NCBI RefSeq assembly: GCF_964204645.1
Contig: NC_134036.1
Span: forward strand, 1,922,001 to 1,986,000
Direction of reading: 5' to 3'
Length of the DNA stretch: 64,000 nucleotides
Origin: Tubulanus polymorphus
Taxonomy: Eukaryota; Animalia; Nemertea
Made by a program: the position numbers and the translations under genes. This document shows positions 53,001 through 64,000 of this stretch, in pieces (positions within the stretch are counted from its first letter, which is position 1; each line of letters begins with the position of its first letter). Under the pieces are notes generated by a model. It was not told where the DNA came from. It worked only from the letters and a program-made list of their open reading frames with translations, and ran no database searches.

Positions 53001-55409
53001 AATAGTCTCCAAATCTGATTGAATTACTCACATCCTGTTGAACTATAGACCGTTCTTTTTTTTCAAATCGGGAGATTTTCGCTCAAAAACGTTGTCCCGT
53101 ACAATAAATCAGCAGCGCTTGACAGAAAAAGCAACATGTTTCAAATGCGTTCAGAAAATTAGGTTGTGGCGCTTATCTCGCGGTTGAATGCTATATCTTA
53201 TTAGTGTTTGCTCTTTTCAAAGTCCTCGAATCTTTTGATCTATTGAGTTACACAGTATCTGTTTGAAAATGGTTCTCATAAAAAGTGGGGTATTTAGGCT
53301 GAGAAAAAATGATACCTTGTTTCTCCTAGGCCGTGTTCGCTCATTTTGTAAACTGCAAAGAAGGATATAATCAGTTCATTCCCATAGATGTCGGGTCTGT
53401 TATTTTTAGCTTGATCGTGTTTTTAAAACAAAGTCATGTACCGCGTACAGCAGAGTAGATAGGCGGTCTACCGGGTCAACTTTCAAACTCTGCAGAAATG
53501 AAAAGAAACAGGACATCCAATTTTTCTAGCCTTATCTATTTTCAACATGACGGCTCAGACGTGTGCGGTAGTTTATGGTGTCTACACATTAAGAGATGTG
53601 TCGCTATTCATTTTATCGTTTCGTTACAAAATAACGCTTTGGAATGTAAACGGGGCCTTTTTAACAATGTACCCGGCGTTATCGGGAAGATTTTAGAATA
53701 GAAAATGGAGAATGATTTTATTGTGAAACTTGGTACAAAGTAACGTTTTTGAAATAAACTCGAACAATCTTTCTTTTCACAAAGTCGTCAATAGAATCGG
53801 AAAGGCGGTTTTAACACAACTTGGGGCAAGAGAAAAAAATAATCTGAAATGTTTATTTTTTTTTGCTTGTAGTTAATTCCTATTCGACGTTTCGACTTAA
53901 TCCTGATAGTTTGCTTCGGAAAATATTATTTAAAAATCGAAAATGGGGATTTCTATCTGTGCATACCCGTGGGATTGGGTATTTTGACCTAAAGGGATTC
54001 TGACAGCCGACCGACGACCTTGGATTTTGTCAAGTCACAACAGACGCGGCTGTTAAGAGAATGCAGACGAGACCGAATTTATATATATATATGTTCACTC
54101 CGTCAGACGACGTGTCATTAGACACCTCTAATTAGACGATGTTTTGATACAAGGTTGCCAAGGTTATCGGTCCGTTAACGTGTGATATCAGTTACATTCA
54201 CGCTGACTGTCAATGAAGCGAAGAGATCGCGTTTATCATTTTGATCTTGAAATAAGAAGAAAGAAGATTTCTTCCTCTTTGGTTTGATTTCTAATAGTTG
54301 TTTCCTACAAGTCATCACCAGGAATGTCGATCAAAAATCATTAACCGTGATTATGACACATTGGGCCAATCGAAGAATAAGAAGGGTTTGAAATGCTTCC
54401 TTTTACTTAGAGTTTCCCAGCAGCGGGCGTCTTGAAATAGGGAAAGAATTGTTCCTTTGAGCGGTTTGATCATTGATATTTATTTGTTGTTTTTCCTAAA
54501 CAAACCCACCGATCACACCTACCGGTCAAACCAACACGGAATGAAACAGATTTCTATTTTCCTTTATTGATTGGTTTGATTTATAATCATTTGTTGCGTC
54601 CCTAACCCCTTACATCATCAGCAATGATTAGTTACATTTAAATGATTAATATGCATTTTAATGATTAGCATGCATTTTAATCACAGCTTCATTGAAGTTA
54701 ACGAGAATCACGTGATATAAATGGCCGGTTCTACAGAAATCTCTTTGATCTCCATAAAACGGTTACGGCAAACAAACTCTTCCAGAAGATATTGCACCTT
54801 CCATAATTCCACTGATAACATCATTAATTACCAATTTTGCTTCGTTTTTTTTCCAGAAGAGACCACGCGTACAACGAGTCGTTTAAAAATGCTGTCGAAA
54901 TTCTTCCCTGAACTGCCGACGTCTTTCCTCGTGCACGTGTTAAATAGTTGCCACGATGACGTCAGTTTGGCCATTCAGAAACTCAGAGAAGGTACGTATC
55001 ACATTAACAGCCGGAAGATGGCAGCACTTAATGTTGTTAAGGGTTCGTTGTGTTTATTTTTTTTTCAGTTTCACCCTCAGCTCCGTCGAGCAGCGCCTCC
55101 GACTCGTCCGGTCTCTACCAACCATTTCTTCCGTGGCCCCCGCCCTCGATCGGTCCGCGTCCGTCTCTCGGCGATCCCGGTCCGGTCACGCAGCCGCATC
55201 AGCTTTCCACTGTCTCCTGGCCACCGGCGTCGCATCACCAACTGGTGACTGCCGGTAACGCGTACCCGCCACCGCCACCTATATACACGTGTTACGAGTC
55301 ACGTGCTAATATAGGTGGCGCCACGGTTATCGAGCCGGCCACCGACCTATCGCGTATGAAGTACCCGTATGAAGAGGTGAAATCGCACGACAAAGAAAAA
55401 GACCATTAA
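50080..55409 (+). CDS. Dmrt: Doublesex/mab-3-related transcription factor (DM + DMA domains), 280 aa; exons 50080-50304, 50582-50723, 54857-54991, 55069-55409
   Basis: Exon 1 encodes a full DM domain [54 protein letters not shown] with all 8 Zn ligands. Exon 2 reads [14 protein letters not shown]... with a GTGAGT donor. Exon 3 is DMA-like ([34 protein letters not shown]). Exon 4 is Pro/Ser-rich. All GT-AG phases (0,1,1) are compatible; AATAAA at 55793. Subfamily not assigned. Confidence 0.92.
50949..51056. mobile_element. MITE-like element in Dmrt intron 2
   Basis: TIRs GGCCCAGTTCCACAGTT / AACTGTGGAACCGGGCC (16/17 complementary). Confidence 0.75.
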
Positions 55410-58171
55410 TCACCGAAAAAAAAGTATTATCTTTGAAAATGTCCCATTTTCAGTGCACCGATCCGATAGTCCTAGTTTTCGGGAAGGACTGTAGCTCACG
55501 AGGCCTCACGCGGTGCTGCGTAGAGATAAAGAGGGCGTTACTTGTCACATAAAACAGTATTCTGACTATTGTGTCGATATCGATTTATTTCGTGCCTTAG
55601 AAAACACATTAAATGTCAATGAACTGAGTATTAAATGTTTAAAGAAACTCTCAATTTGCAGTGGAATTTAGGAGCAATGCAACCTCCACGTGTGGGTGGT
55701 ACAGTCGGTTAGGTTGTGGGGCGGTTCCTCTGTCCAGTTGATCCTGCGGTTCACTGCGAATGGAGAGTAAATATGTAAATATGACTTTATTAAATAAATC
55801 AATAATCTGCCGATGTATTAATTTTACATATCATTCTACTTAATAAATGTAGCTATCATATCAATTAGATAGGTATGTATGGCCCGCGGATCCAGTTCCA
55901 CAGTTTTGTATATGGGAACCAAGTTCCACTGTGGAACTGGACACTGGGTGTAATATGGTTATTTGTTATATATTGTGTACTGTGTAATGGACTCCGCAGA
56001 AGCATTTCATCTGTTGATAAATGAAATAAAGTTGTTTAAAAATGTAAATCGCTTTTCAGAGTACATGGTATATAATTCTCCGATCAGAGGTTTGTTCGCT
56101 GTAGGTTTTAGAATTCCAACTTGAATATACTCATTTCCAGTGGTTTTGCAAAGGAAGTTTGTTTAAATGACCCTCGGTCTTAGACCCCTTTGATCACTGA
56201 TTTCTCACGATGCATACTTCTTTACTTCACTGAAATATTGCTGAACACTTTTTACTGGGTTGTCATAGTCTTTTGTCGTTTCAAGGAGTTCCACCTGTGA
56301 TGTTTTGAGTTTCCACTCTGTGTTCGTCTTTTAAACGGTTCCACCCCGTGTTCTGAGTTTCCACCCTGTGTTCTGTGGTTCCACGCAACGGAAATATTCA
56401 CCTTTTTAAATAAAAAAAAAAAACGGGTCGGCGCGTGATGTTTATGTTATCATTTTCTTCGGCTCCCAATAAAAGTCGCATTTATTGCTTTGATTCATAA
56501 TCTATTTATTAATTAAACAGCCAGACACGCGGACAGGGAATCGTCTGCGACCTCCGGCCGTTAATAACTACACCTGCTATGATGTATCACCCGCATGCGT
56601 TAATCGCAGACGACTCCCAATGCCCCAGACTTTACTAACTATCTTCTCTCCCCACTCATCTGCTGATGTCGTTATGGACGACAGCAAAAACGTCGCCACA
56701 CGTGATACGTATTTTTGAAGATCTTTCGGATCCAGAGACAAATTAAATCTGTCACACAACTGTGGGACTGGATTCATAGAGACGAATTAAACCAACACAA
56801 CTGTGGAATTGGGTTCAGAGTCAAATACAACCCACACAACTGTGGAACTGGATTCATAGAGACAAATTAAACCCACACAACTGTGGAAATGGGTCCAGAG
56901 TTACACCGTTGATTTTTGAACCGTGGTCGTGTCGACAAATAAACAAAGATACCACAAACAAAAACTAACCAGCGAACACGCATGCGCATAACTTTTTTTC
57001 GTGTTATCGGATTCGCGTCACGAACAAATAAATCATGGGGAGAATAATTAAAAATCGTTTAGCGAACCCTCGAACTTTGCAACGCGGTATAATATTCGTA
57101 CTTGAATGCACTCGTCAGTGGTATGACTTGATTTCGGATTTTAAAAAAATATAGGCCAAACGATAAAGAAAATATAAAAATACCAGCAAACCTAGATTAT
57201 CTATTGTGGATTGGTTGCGGTTTTATTGGAATTTCAGTAAAAGTTTGCTTACAATGCCATCATTTTCCAGCGAACAAATTTGCTTAAATTCAATGAGAAT
57301 ACCTTTCTTTAAAACGCTGTCAATTTCGTTATAGCGCCATGATTGCCATTGCGATCCCAACAGTTGCAGCTTGGCAATATAACGGACTTTGACTGTAAGG
57401 CATAGAAAATATCAAAATATCTAATGTCGATTGGTTACGGTTCGGTTGGAATTGAAACTATCAAAATATCAAAAACATTGATCGATGATAGCCTGGAAAA
57501 TTTACAATACATCTAGTTGAATATCGGTAATCCTTAATGCGAAGTGTTCTCTTTGGTTTTATCCAGATTTTTCAACGAAGGCTTTAATTTTATCCGTGTT
57601 TTATCTCTTTAGAATATCCTGTCAAAAATCTTTGTGAAACCCTTTATCTGTGTATCTCAAAAGTGAATGGAATTGAATAACTGAATTTTCTTTGAACGCA
57701 AAAAAAAAGTTTTTTGGAGGCTTCCTCAATAAAATCCAATTAATCTTTTTAAATGCTTTGTTACTTTCGTTGTCCGCAATGCGTTAGGAGACACGCCCAT
57801 GCAAAGCAGCGGTGAAGCTTTACGTGAAGCCCAAGGCCTAAAAACGCTGTAAGAGATTTGTCTTGCGGAGATGTTAAAAGCCGATATGAAGTTGTCCATT
57901 TTTTGTTGAAAGGTGACATTCGATTGTGACTTTTATGTCTGCCAGTCTAGACAGAAACGAGAGGGGGAGAGTTAGATGGTGATTGAATGAATGAGAAGAG
58001 GGGATATCAGAAAGGGGAGAGTAGATTGAGGCCGATAAGATAGGGGGTCTTTCGTCTAGTTTGTATACCTTGCATGGCTGGCACCGAAGTTAAAATTGTA
58101 AAAAGCAATATGGAAAAACATGTGTTCCTAACAAACGAACAAGGATAAGGACTTAAGGATTAGGACCCGGG

Positions 58172-58276
58172 GCCCAGTTTCATAAAAATGATTAAAGCCC
58201 GAATCGATTTAAGATAATCTGAAGTAATGAAGAAATTAAATCGATTTGAGAGTTGAACGTTTTTGTGAAACTGGGC
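58172..58276. mobile_element. MITE-like palindromic element
   Basis: TIRs GCCCAGTTTCATAAAAA / TTTTTGTGAAACTGGGC; shares the terminal GCCCAGTT with the family above. Confidence 0.65.
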
Positions 58277-58279
58277 GCT

Positions 58280-58453
58280 GGGAATTAGTACTACGATTAG
58301 GACTGGGTTAAGGACTACAATTAGGACTACGGGATTAGTACTACGATTAGGACTGGGTTAAGGACTACAATTAGGACTACGGGATTAGTACTACGATTAG
58401 GACTGGGTTAAGGACTACAATTAGGACTACGGGATTAGGACTACGATTAGGAC
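58280..58453. repeat. 50-bp tandem repeat x3.4
   Basis: GGGATTAGTACTACGATTAGGACTGGGTTAAGGACTACAATTAGGACTAC repeated. Confidence 0.93.
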
Positions 58454-59093
58454 AAACTCTTGAAAACGAAGAAACCTACTATAACAAAATACACGGAGAC
58501 GACGTGTGAACATTGAGTGGGGACAGAAGCCTTATAAATCCCTTCTTTGTAAAACAAAGTTGCCGTTTGACATTTCCATCATCTTCCAGAGTAGAAAAAT
58601 ACTATGGAGGCGATGAAAGAGAGGGGGAGAGGACAGAGAGAAGAGGAGGGAGAGGAGGAGAGACAGAGGAGTGAGCGGCAAAAATACTAAGAAGTAAAGA
58701 TAACTGAAATTGAATTATTGGAAGGTAATTAATTTCTCAGACTACACGAGAAGTTGTTAATTGAATAGCGCATGCGCATTGATTAGTTTGTCTATTTTTG
58801 GTAAATCTAGAATTTATTAGAAATAGATAAAAAGTAAATTTCTTTGATATCAGATTCACCTGATACAAGTTATGAAGTATTCAACTTGGCTTTATTAGAA
58901 TATCATAGCAGAGTGTTTTTAGGTAGAATCGGGCTTTAGGATAGTGCCTTTCTTCCGGGTTGAAACAAAACATATCGAAGTTCAAAAAGGTGCCCCACGA
59001 TTTGTAGTTCCGCTGTCATAATAACCACTGGGTGTCTCGACTTGGTCTGTCCTCCTCACTGGGGTTGTTGGGGTTTGACAAAAAAGAATGCCT

Positions 59094-59166
59094 TGGAGAA
59101 CCCGGGCATCGATCCCGGTACCTCTCGCATGCTAAGCGAGCGCTCTACCATCTGAGCTAGTTCCCC
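59094..59166 (-). tRNA. trnA-AGC: tRNA-Ala (anticodon AGC)
   Basis: Reverse complement GGGGAACTAGCTCAGATGGTAGAGCGCTCGCTTAGCATGCGAGAGGTACCGGGATCGATGCCCGGGTTCTCCA forms a cloverleaf with the G3:U70 Ala identity pair; T6 terminator a few nt downstream. Confidence 0.97.
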
Positions 59167-60769
59167 AGTGACAAAAAATGTCGTGTTGGGCGTATTTTGT
59201 TGTGTTCCACATGTTTTGTTCACAAAAGGGAAAATGGTCAAATTTTATATAGAAGCAATTTGCGTAGGGAGCATTTGTGTTACGGAGTTCAATGTCTCCT
59301 AAAGGGTATCCAACAACTGCGAATTTCAGCCGAAATTATGTGGGTTCATTTTAATAAATTATTTCGTCATAAAATTTGAATTGTGGGACTTCTAATTCGA
59401 TTAACAATTCTGGAAGTTGTAAAAAGAAATCATCGTAATGAAAACGGTTGAATATCCAGAGATTGAAAGACAGCAGTAGCAAAAAACAGCAGGAACGAAG
59501 TCTCATTTTCACTAACGAGCAAACAATTTATCGATTATTCAAACGTTTTCGGGAGTTACGTTTTCCCTGTTCCGATGCACAAGTGTTTGATCAAAGAGTC
59601 CGAAATATTTCTTTTAGTTCTAATCCTAAATTTAGTCATCTTCAAGAATAATACCGAATCTATCTAAACACAATTCCTCAGTCAAAAGATTATTTACATA
59701 TATGATCGTCTTTATAGATGTGATATATTCTTAATTAACCACGCACTCTGTACTCATAACGCAAAAGCTAATCTGGTAGGCCTAAATAACAAATCAAGTA
59801 AAGATGACACAAATATCAATCTTTGGAACTATTTGACAGTAGCGCACTGACACTGCTGCGGTATTTAGGATATATTGTTGTTTTTGTTAAGGCGCAGAAT
59901 ATCAAAAAAGTACTGACATTATCAGCGCTTAATTCAAGTGGATAGCACTGTTACAAGTGGACAATATGCCAATCAAACTAAATATCGATTTTTCTGTACT
60001 AAGTAACACTAGTAATGACACTAACTAGAGATTTAGTTATCTGAATTATGTAACTAGTAAATGTGATAAGTGAAATGATAAATCATAAGCAATTCTCTTC
60101 AGTGAGATTTACTAGTGAGGGGTTTACCTGGTGCATACAAGGTCCACAACACTTGTGTAGCAATTGTCCTTTCCTCAGTTGCGTGACTTAATTTGATCTG
60201 AACCCAGTTCCACAGTTGTGTGGGTTTGATTTGACTCTGAACCCAGTTCCACAGTTTTGGGATATGATTTTAGGCTCCATCTCTATCTATCCTTGTTGTC
60301 CTCTAAATGTTATTTGTTCCAATTCAAGGTTTGAAGTTTCGTAAGAAAAAACTTTGAAAAGAATCTACAACACAAACCACTTTATTACAAGTATACTTCA
60401 ATATATTTTTTCTAAGTACAGAATTGCAAGTTAGATACTCTATACAGTGACACCCAAAGCAACATCGACGTAAATGTACATCACGAAGGCTGAGACTATA
60501 CTGCACATGCACATTTACAACGAACATTTAACACGACAGCTGTCTAACACAGTCATGTTCACAATTAACAGTTATTCGATGATTTTACAGTAGAATGTTT
60601 TGGGACCAACAAAGTTCATCCAGTCTACGAGAAATCCGGATTGAGTCATTTTCTTGTATATAATCAAACAAATAAACTGCAATTAATATAGTCCGGATTG
60701 GACAAAAATCCGGACTAAACGGGTTTGACTGTATTAACAAATATCAAGTTATTTCATAGTAGCAATTTA

Positions 60770-62307
60770 TTACGATCTATGTAAGAGTCCAGTATCGGGT
60801 GTGTCGCCTTTCACGAGGGCTTGAATCTGTTTGAAATGTGGATGATCCTTATCGCCGAGTAGTTGAAACAGGACCGATTCGCTGGTGGTAATAATAGCCC
60901 CGAACTGGCGTAATCTCTACAAATATACAACCGATAAAAGAGAGAGAGATAAGGTGAGATTTATTATATTCCCAGATATTAATGTTTAGTTTTCCGGTCA
61001 GACGGCACCACCGTACAGACATGGTCAAAATAATGATAATAATAATCAATAGATATATTAAATATATCGAGGACTCGAGGAAATGCAGCCAATTTTCTTA
61101 CGTCGAATGCGATGAGTCGATCTGATTGAAATCTTGACGACGTCGCATCAGCGACAATATGAACTTTAATGCCTTTCGACATCAAATCGATAGCAGTTTG
61201 TTGTATGCACACGTGCGTCTGAAATTTAATTTGAAACGAACTATAGGTTGACATGAGATTGTGAGACATCTTGCAGTTAGGTCTAAAAGTTTGCAGTCAA
61301 GAAGGAATCCTGGAAGATTTAAAGTTAAATGCATCTGATAGATTGGCAGCAGCAGCGGCAGCAGCAGCAGCACTAGCAGCAGCTGGCCTCAGTTCGCAGT
61401 CCAGGAATTTGTCTAGTTCCACTGAGTTAGGCCCATAATCCTTCAACCAAACCCGAACCTACAACCAACATGCTGTAACCTAACCCAGGTTCACTTCAGC
61501 CCAGCCTAGCCCTCAATACGGTATCAAGAAAGGCTCACAATACCTTGCATAACTTATTGAAAGTCTCAGAGACCGGTTTTTGGAAAAAATTAACAAATGG
61601 TTTCAACAAACCTCGACACCAAAAAGAACGACGTATTTCAAATTTCCATCGCAAATAGTTTTCATTATTTCCTCGACCTCAGGTACGATCATGCTGAATT
61701 TAGTTTTCTCGACGACACCGCCTGTGGCATGTGAGATGTCCAACTCGGCGACCGTGTGCAACAATCCTTTAGGATACTGTAGAAACGATAAACTATTGAT
61801 TATGTGTACTGACTACAGATCAGTCATTTCTGGATATAAGAAGTTTTCAAGGAATTTCAAAGAAAATCTCACACCACCACCAGAGGTAACGATGAAATGG
61901 TCTACTTACAGCGCTAAACTTTTGTGAATTTTCTTTCGCTTACCTGTTCAGTTACGATGAGTGGAATTTCTAAAATCTTCGTCATTTCAGTCTAAAAAAA
62001 AAACAGAGACAAAAATGATCAGAAGAGTCAAGCGAGAGGACTTAGACTCATCAGAGAGAGAGGGGGAGAGGGAGAGCCGGAGAGGGAGAGAAAGAGAGGG
62101 GGGAAAGGAGAGATTCAATAGTTGTGCACAGTTCGAACCCATATTCGACGTGTTATTTGATGTCCTCACCAATCTTTTAGAGATTTCCACAATTTCATTG
62201 AAATATTTGATAGACGGCCGGAACCTTTCCTGTATGTCACACATAAACACGGCCGTACGGGACGGTTCTAAATTTCCTAAATATTCTACCGACATGGGCG
62301 CCGCCAT
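60770..62307 (-). CDS. ISOC1: Isochorismatase domain-containing protein (ISOC1/2 family), 204 aa; exons 62307-62170, 61991-61944, 61776-61612, 61218-61102, 60916-60770
   Basis: Spliced product contains [73 protein letters not shown] and [14 protein letters not shown]. All four introns are GT-AG, phase 0. A YY1-type CAAAATGGCGGC overlaps the ATG. Motifs look closer to ISOC1; length resembles ISOC2. Confidence 0.93.
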
Positions 62308-63226
62308 TTTGTCCACGGAACTGGTCATGTGATCTGCGCTGTTGTGCCCGTAATGCGAATAGAAATCAAGAAGTTACCAGGAATAAAACGAATATTTATA
62401 AACGCAGGGACATAATAATTTCAGAAGTCAATTAGCGTGCTGTCAATAATAGAAAATATTTGCAAAATTGTTTTCGATCTTGCAAGGTGGCAGCACGGTA
62501 CAGTTGACAAATTCAATGCAAATGTACTATATTGAACACGACGGCGTGCATTTGCGGTTCGGTTCGGGTTGTTAGTGATTTAGTCTAATAAATAACACCT
62601 TGTTTCTCCTAATCGTTCGGGTCGTAATCAGTTCATTTCTACAACTGTCCGCTTGATCACGAGTTTGAAATATGTTATGCAGTAGAAGCGGCCGGCCGGG
62701 TCAACTTTTAAACTCAGTGGGATTGGCATTAATGCTGGCCTTCGTTAGCAACGCCTTTTAGCCTACAAACAAGATGCAATAAAGAAAATTGAAAAATATA
62801 ATAAAAGTTATCTAGACTAGAATTGAATTCTCCATTAATTCATTTTAATTGTTATAATGCATATAAATTTAAGTCATAATCTCGTTAAAACCGTTACCAA
62901 TCTCCAAACTATGTAATATCACTCAATTCGTGTGATGAAAGTTGAGAAATATATCGAAAATTTATTCATAGCGTTTATTGTGTTTTTGATTAATTCATTT
63001 TATTTGTAATAATCAGATGCATAAATGAATTCTTTATTTCGCGAAGCCGTTACCCCCAATATCCAGATAATATAATACGAATTCTTTAGCAGCCTAAACG
63101 GTATCTTCAGTCAAAATATATAAATCTCCAATCCGACTGATCAGTTTGTGGTTCAAACTCTTGTGGTAACAGTCGCTACAGAGATCATCTAAACGGTTTC
63201 GTCACTGGACTTAGGAAGACGAGGGG

Positions 63227-63996
63227 GTGGAACTGATACAGTTTATTACGGTTACAGCAGTTCTGTTGGTTCTCTTAGCTCAAAGTAAGTTAAAGTTTTT
63301 TTGTTAAGGACTTCAATATACATATTGTGTATATTTCAGTTCTTTACGAAAACATTTTATCGAAGCAATTGTTCGTAATTTGATTAACCCTAAGTGGTTT
63401 CGATCAGGAAAATCACATTCTCTAAATTCTGATACGTTTTAATCTAATTTTCAGGCACTGCAGGTCGTCCTGCTAATCTCACCTGTGCCGCTTGTATTTA
63501 CTATTATTGTGACAGCAAAGATAAGGCATTCTATGAAAATGTGAAAACATTTGCAAATGGCCGTAAGTTGTTTCTACTATATTTTGATTATTTATTCATT
63601 GTGTCGGTCAGCAGCGAGAAATTCAACATCTTCTTATTCCACATCGATAATGGGATTAGTTTTTATAGGAAATCCCGCACTAAGTTAGGATCGCACGTGA
63701 TAGCAAGGATCCTGTGTCAGCGAAGATCCCCTGCCCCACAGCCTTACGGGGATTAGAACCATCACGCGGGACACTGCCGCAGAACCGTGACCAGTAGTGA
63801 TACTCATAGCATGAGCTCCCTCCTACTCCCCAGCACGAGTCTAACCAATCTATTCGATTTTACTTCAGTTGGAATGCTTGATTGGAAAACCGCAGACAAA
63901 ACTGGTAGACTGCCATATTTACACGAGAAATGCATGGAAAGTATATGGGATGATACCACTCAACCGCTGAAAATCGCACCAGTTCTTCTTGGATAA
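63227..63996 (+). CDS. Candidate small secreted Cys-containing protein (~97 aa), GTG start or start-lost pseudogene; exons 63227-63284, 63455-63562, 63869-63996
   Basis: Two GTAAGT donors and TTCAG acceptors with CTAAY branch points join in phase 1/1. Product: (V)ELIQFITVTAVLLVLLAQSTAGRPANLTCAACIYYYCDSKDKAFYENVKTFANGLGMLDWKTADKTGRLPYLHEKCMESIWDDTTQPLKIAPVLLG*. Hydrophobic N-terminus looks like a signal peptide. Confidence 0.55.
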
Positions 63997-64000
63997 AATA

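Noticed and set aside
53640-53652. TGGAATGTAAA resembling the 5' end of miR-1
   Set aside because: Match stops after 11 nt and there is no precursor hairpin.
58280-58453. TTAGG-containing repeat as interstitial telomere
   Set aside because: TTAGG is embedded in a 50-bp unit, not in tandem telomeric repeats.

Overview
AT-rich, repeat-dense genomic DNA from a eukaryote, most likely an invertebrate animal (GT-AG introns, a Dmrt gene, CTCF-like motifs, abundant CpG). The first ~50 kb has no recognisable intact protein-coding gene. It holds satellites, MITE-like elements, tRNA-Thr(AGT) and decayed coding fragments. The right end has a 4-exon doublesex/mab-3-related (Dmrt, DM + DMA) gene on + (50080-55409, 280 aa), tRNA-Ala(AGC), a 5-exon ISOC1-like gene on - (62307-60770, 204 aa) and a candidate 3-exon secreted Cys-containing protein that lacks an ATG (63227-63996). 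Most notable observations: (1) two oppositely oriented arrays of a 69-bp unit, each unit a minimal type I hammerhead ribozyme; (2) an array 1-1.5 kb upstream of the Dmrt ATG built from at least 8 degenerate copies of the gene's own DM-box sequence, with G>A changes that would preserve antisense G:U pairing; (3) a ~1.3 kb patchwork of repeated LINE reverse-transcriptase 'DFxKAFD' fragments; (4) CTCF-like motif clusters around the Dmrt promoter and inside a minisatellite. All coordinates and counts were made by eye; no searches were run.
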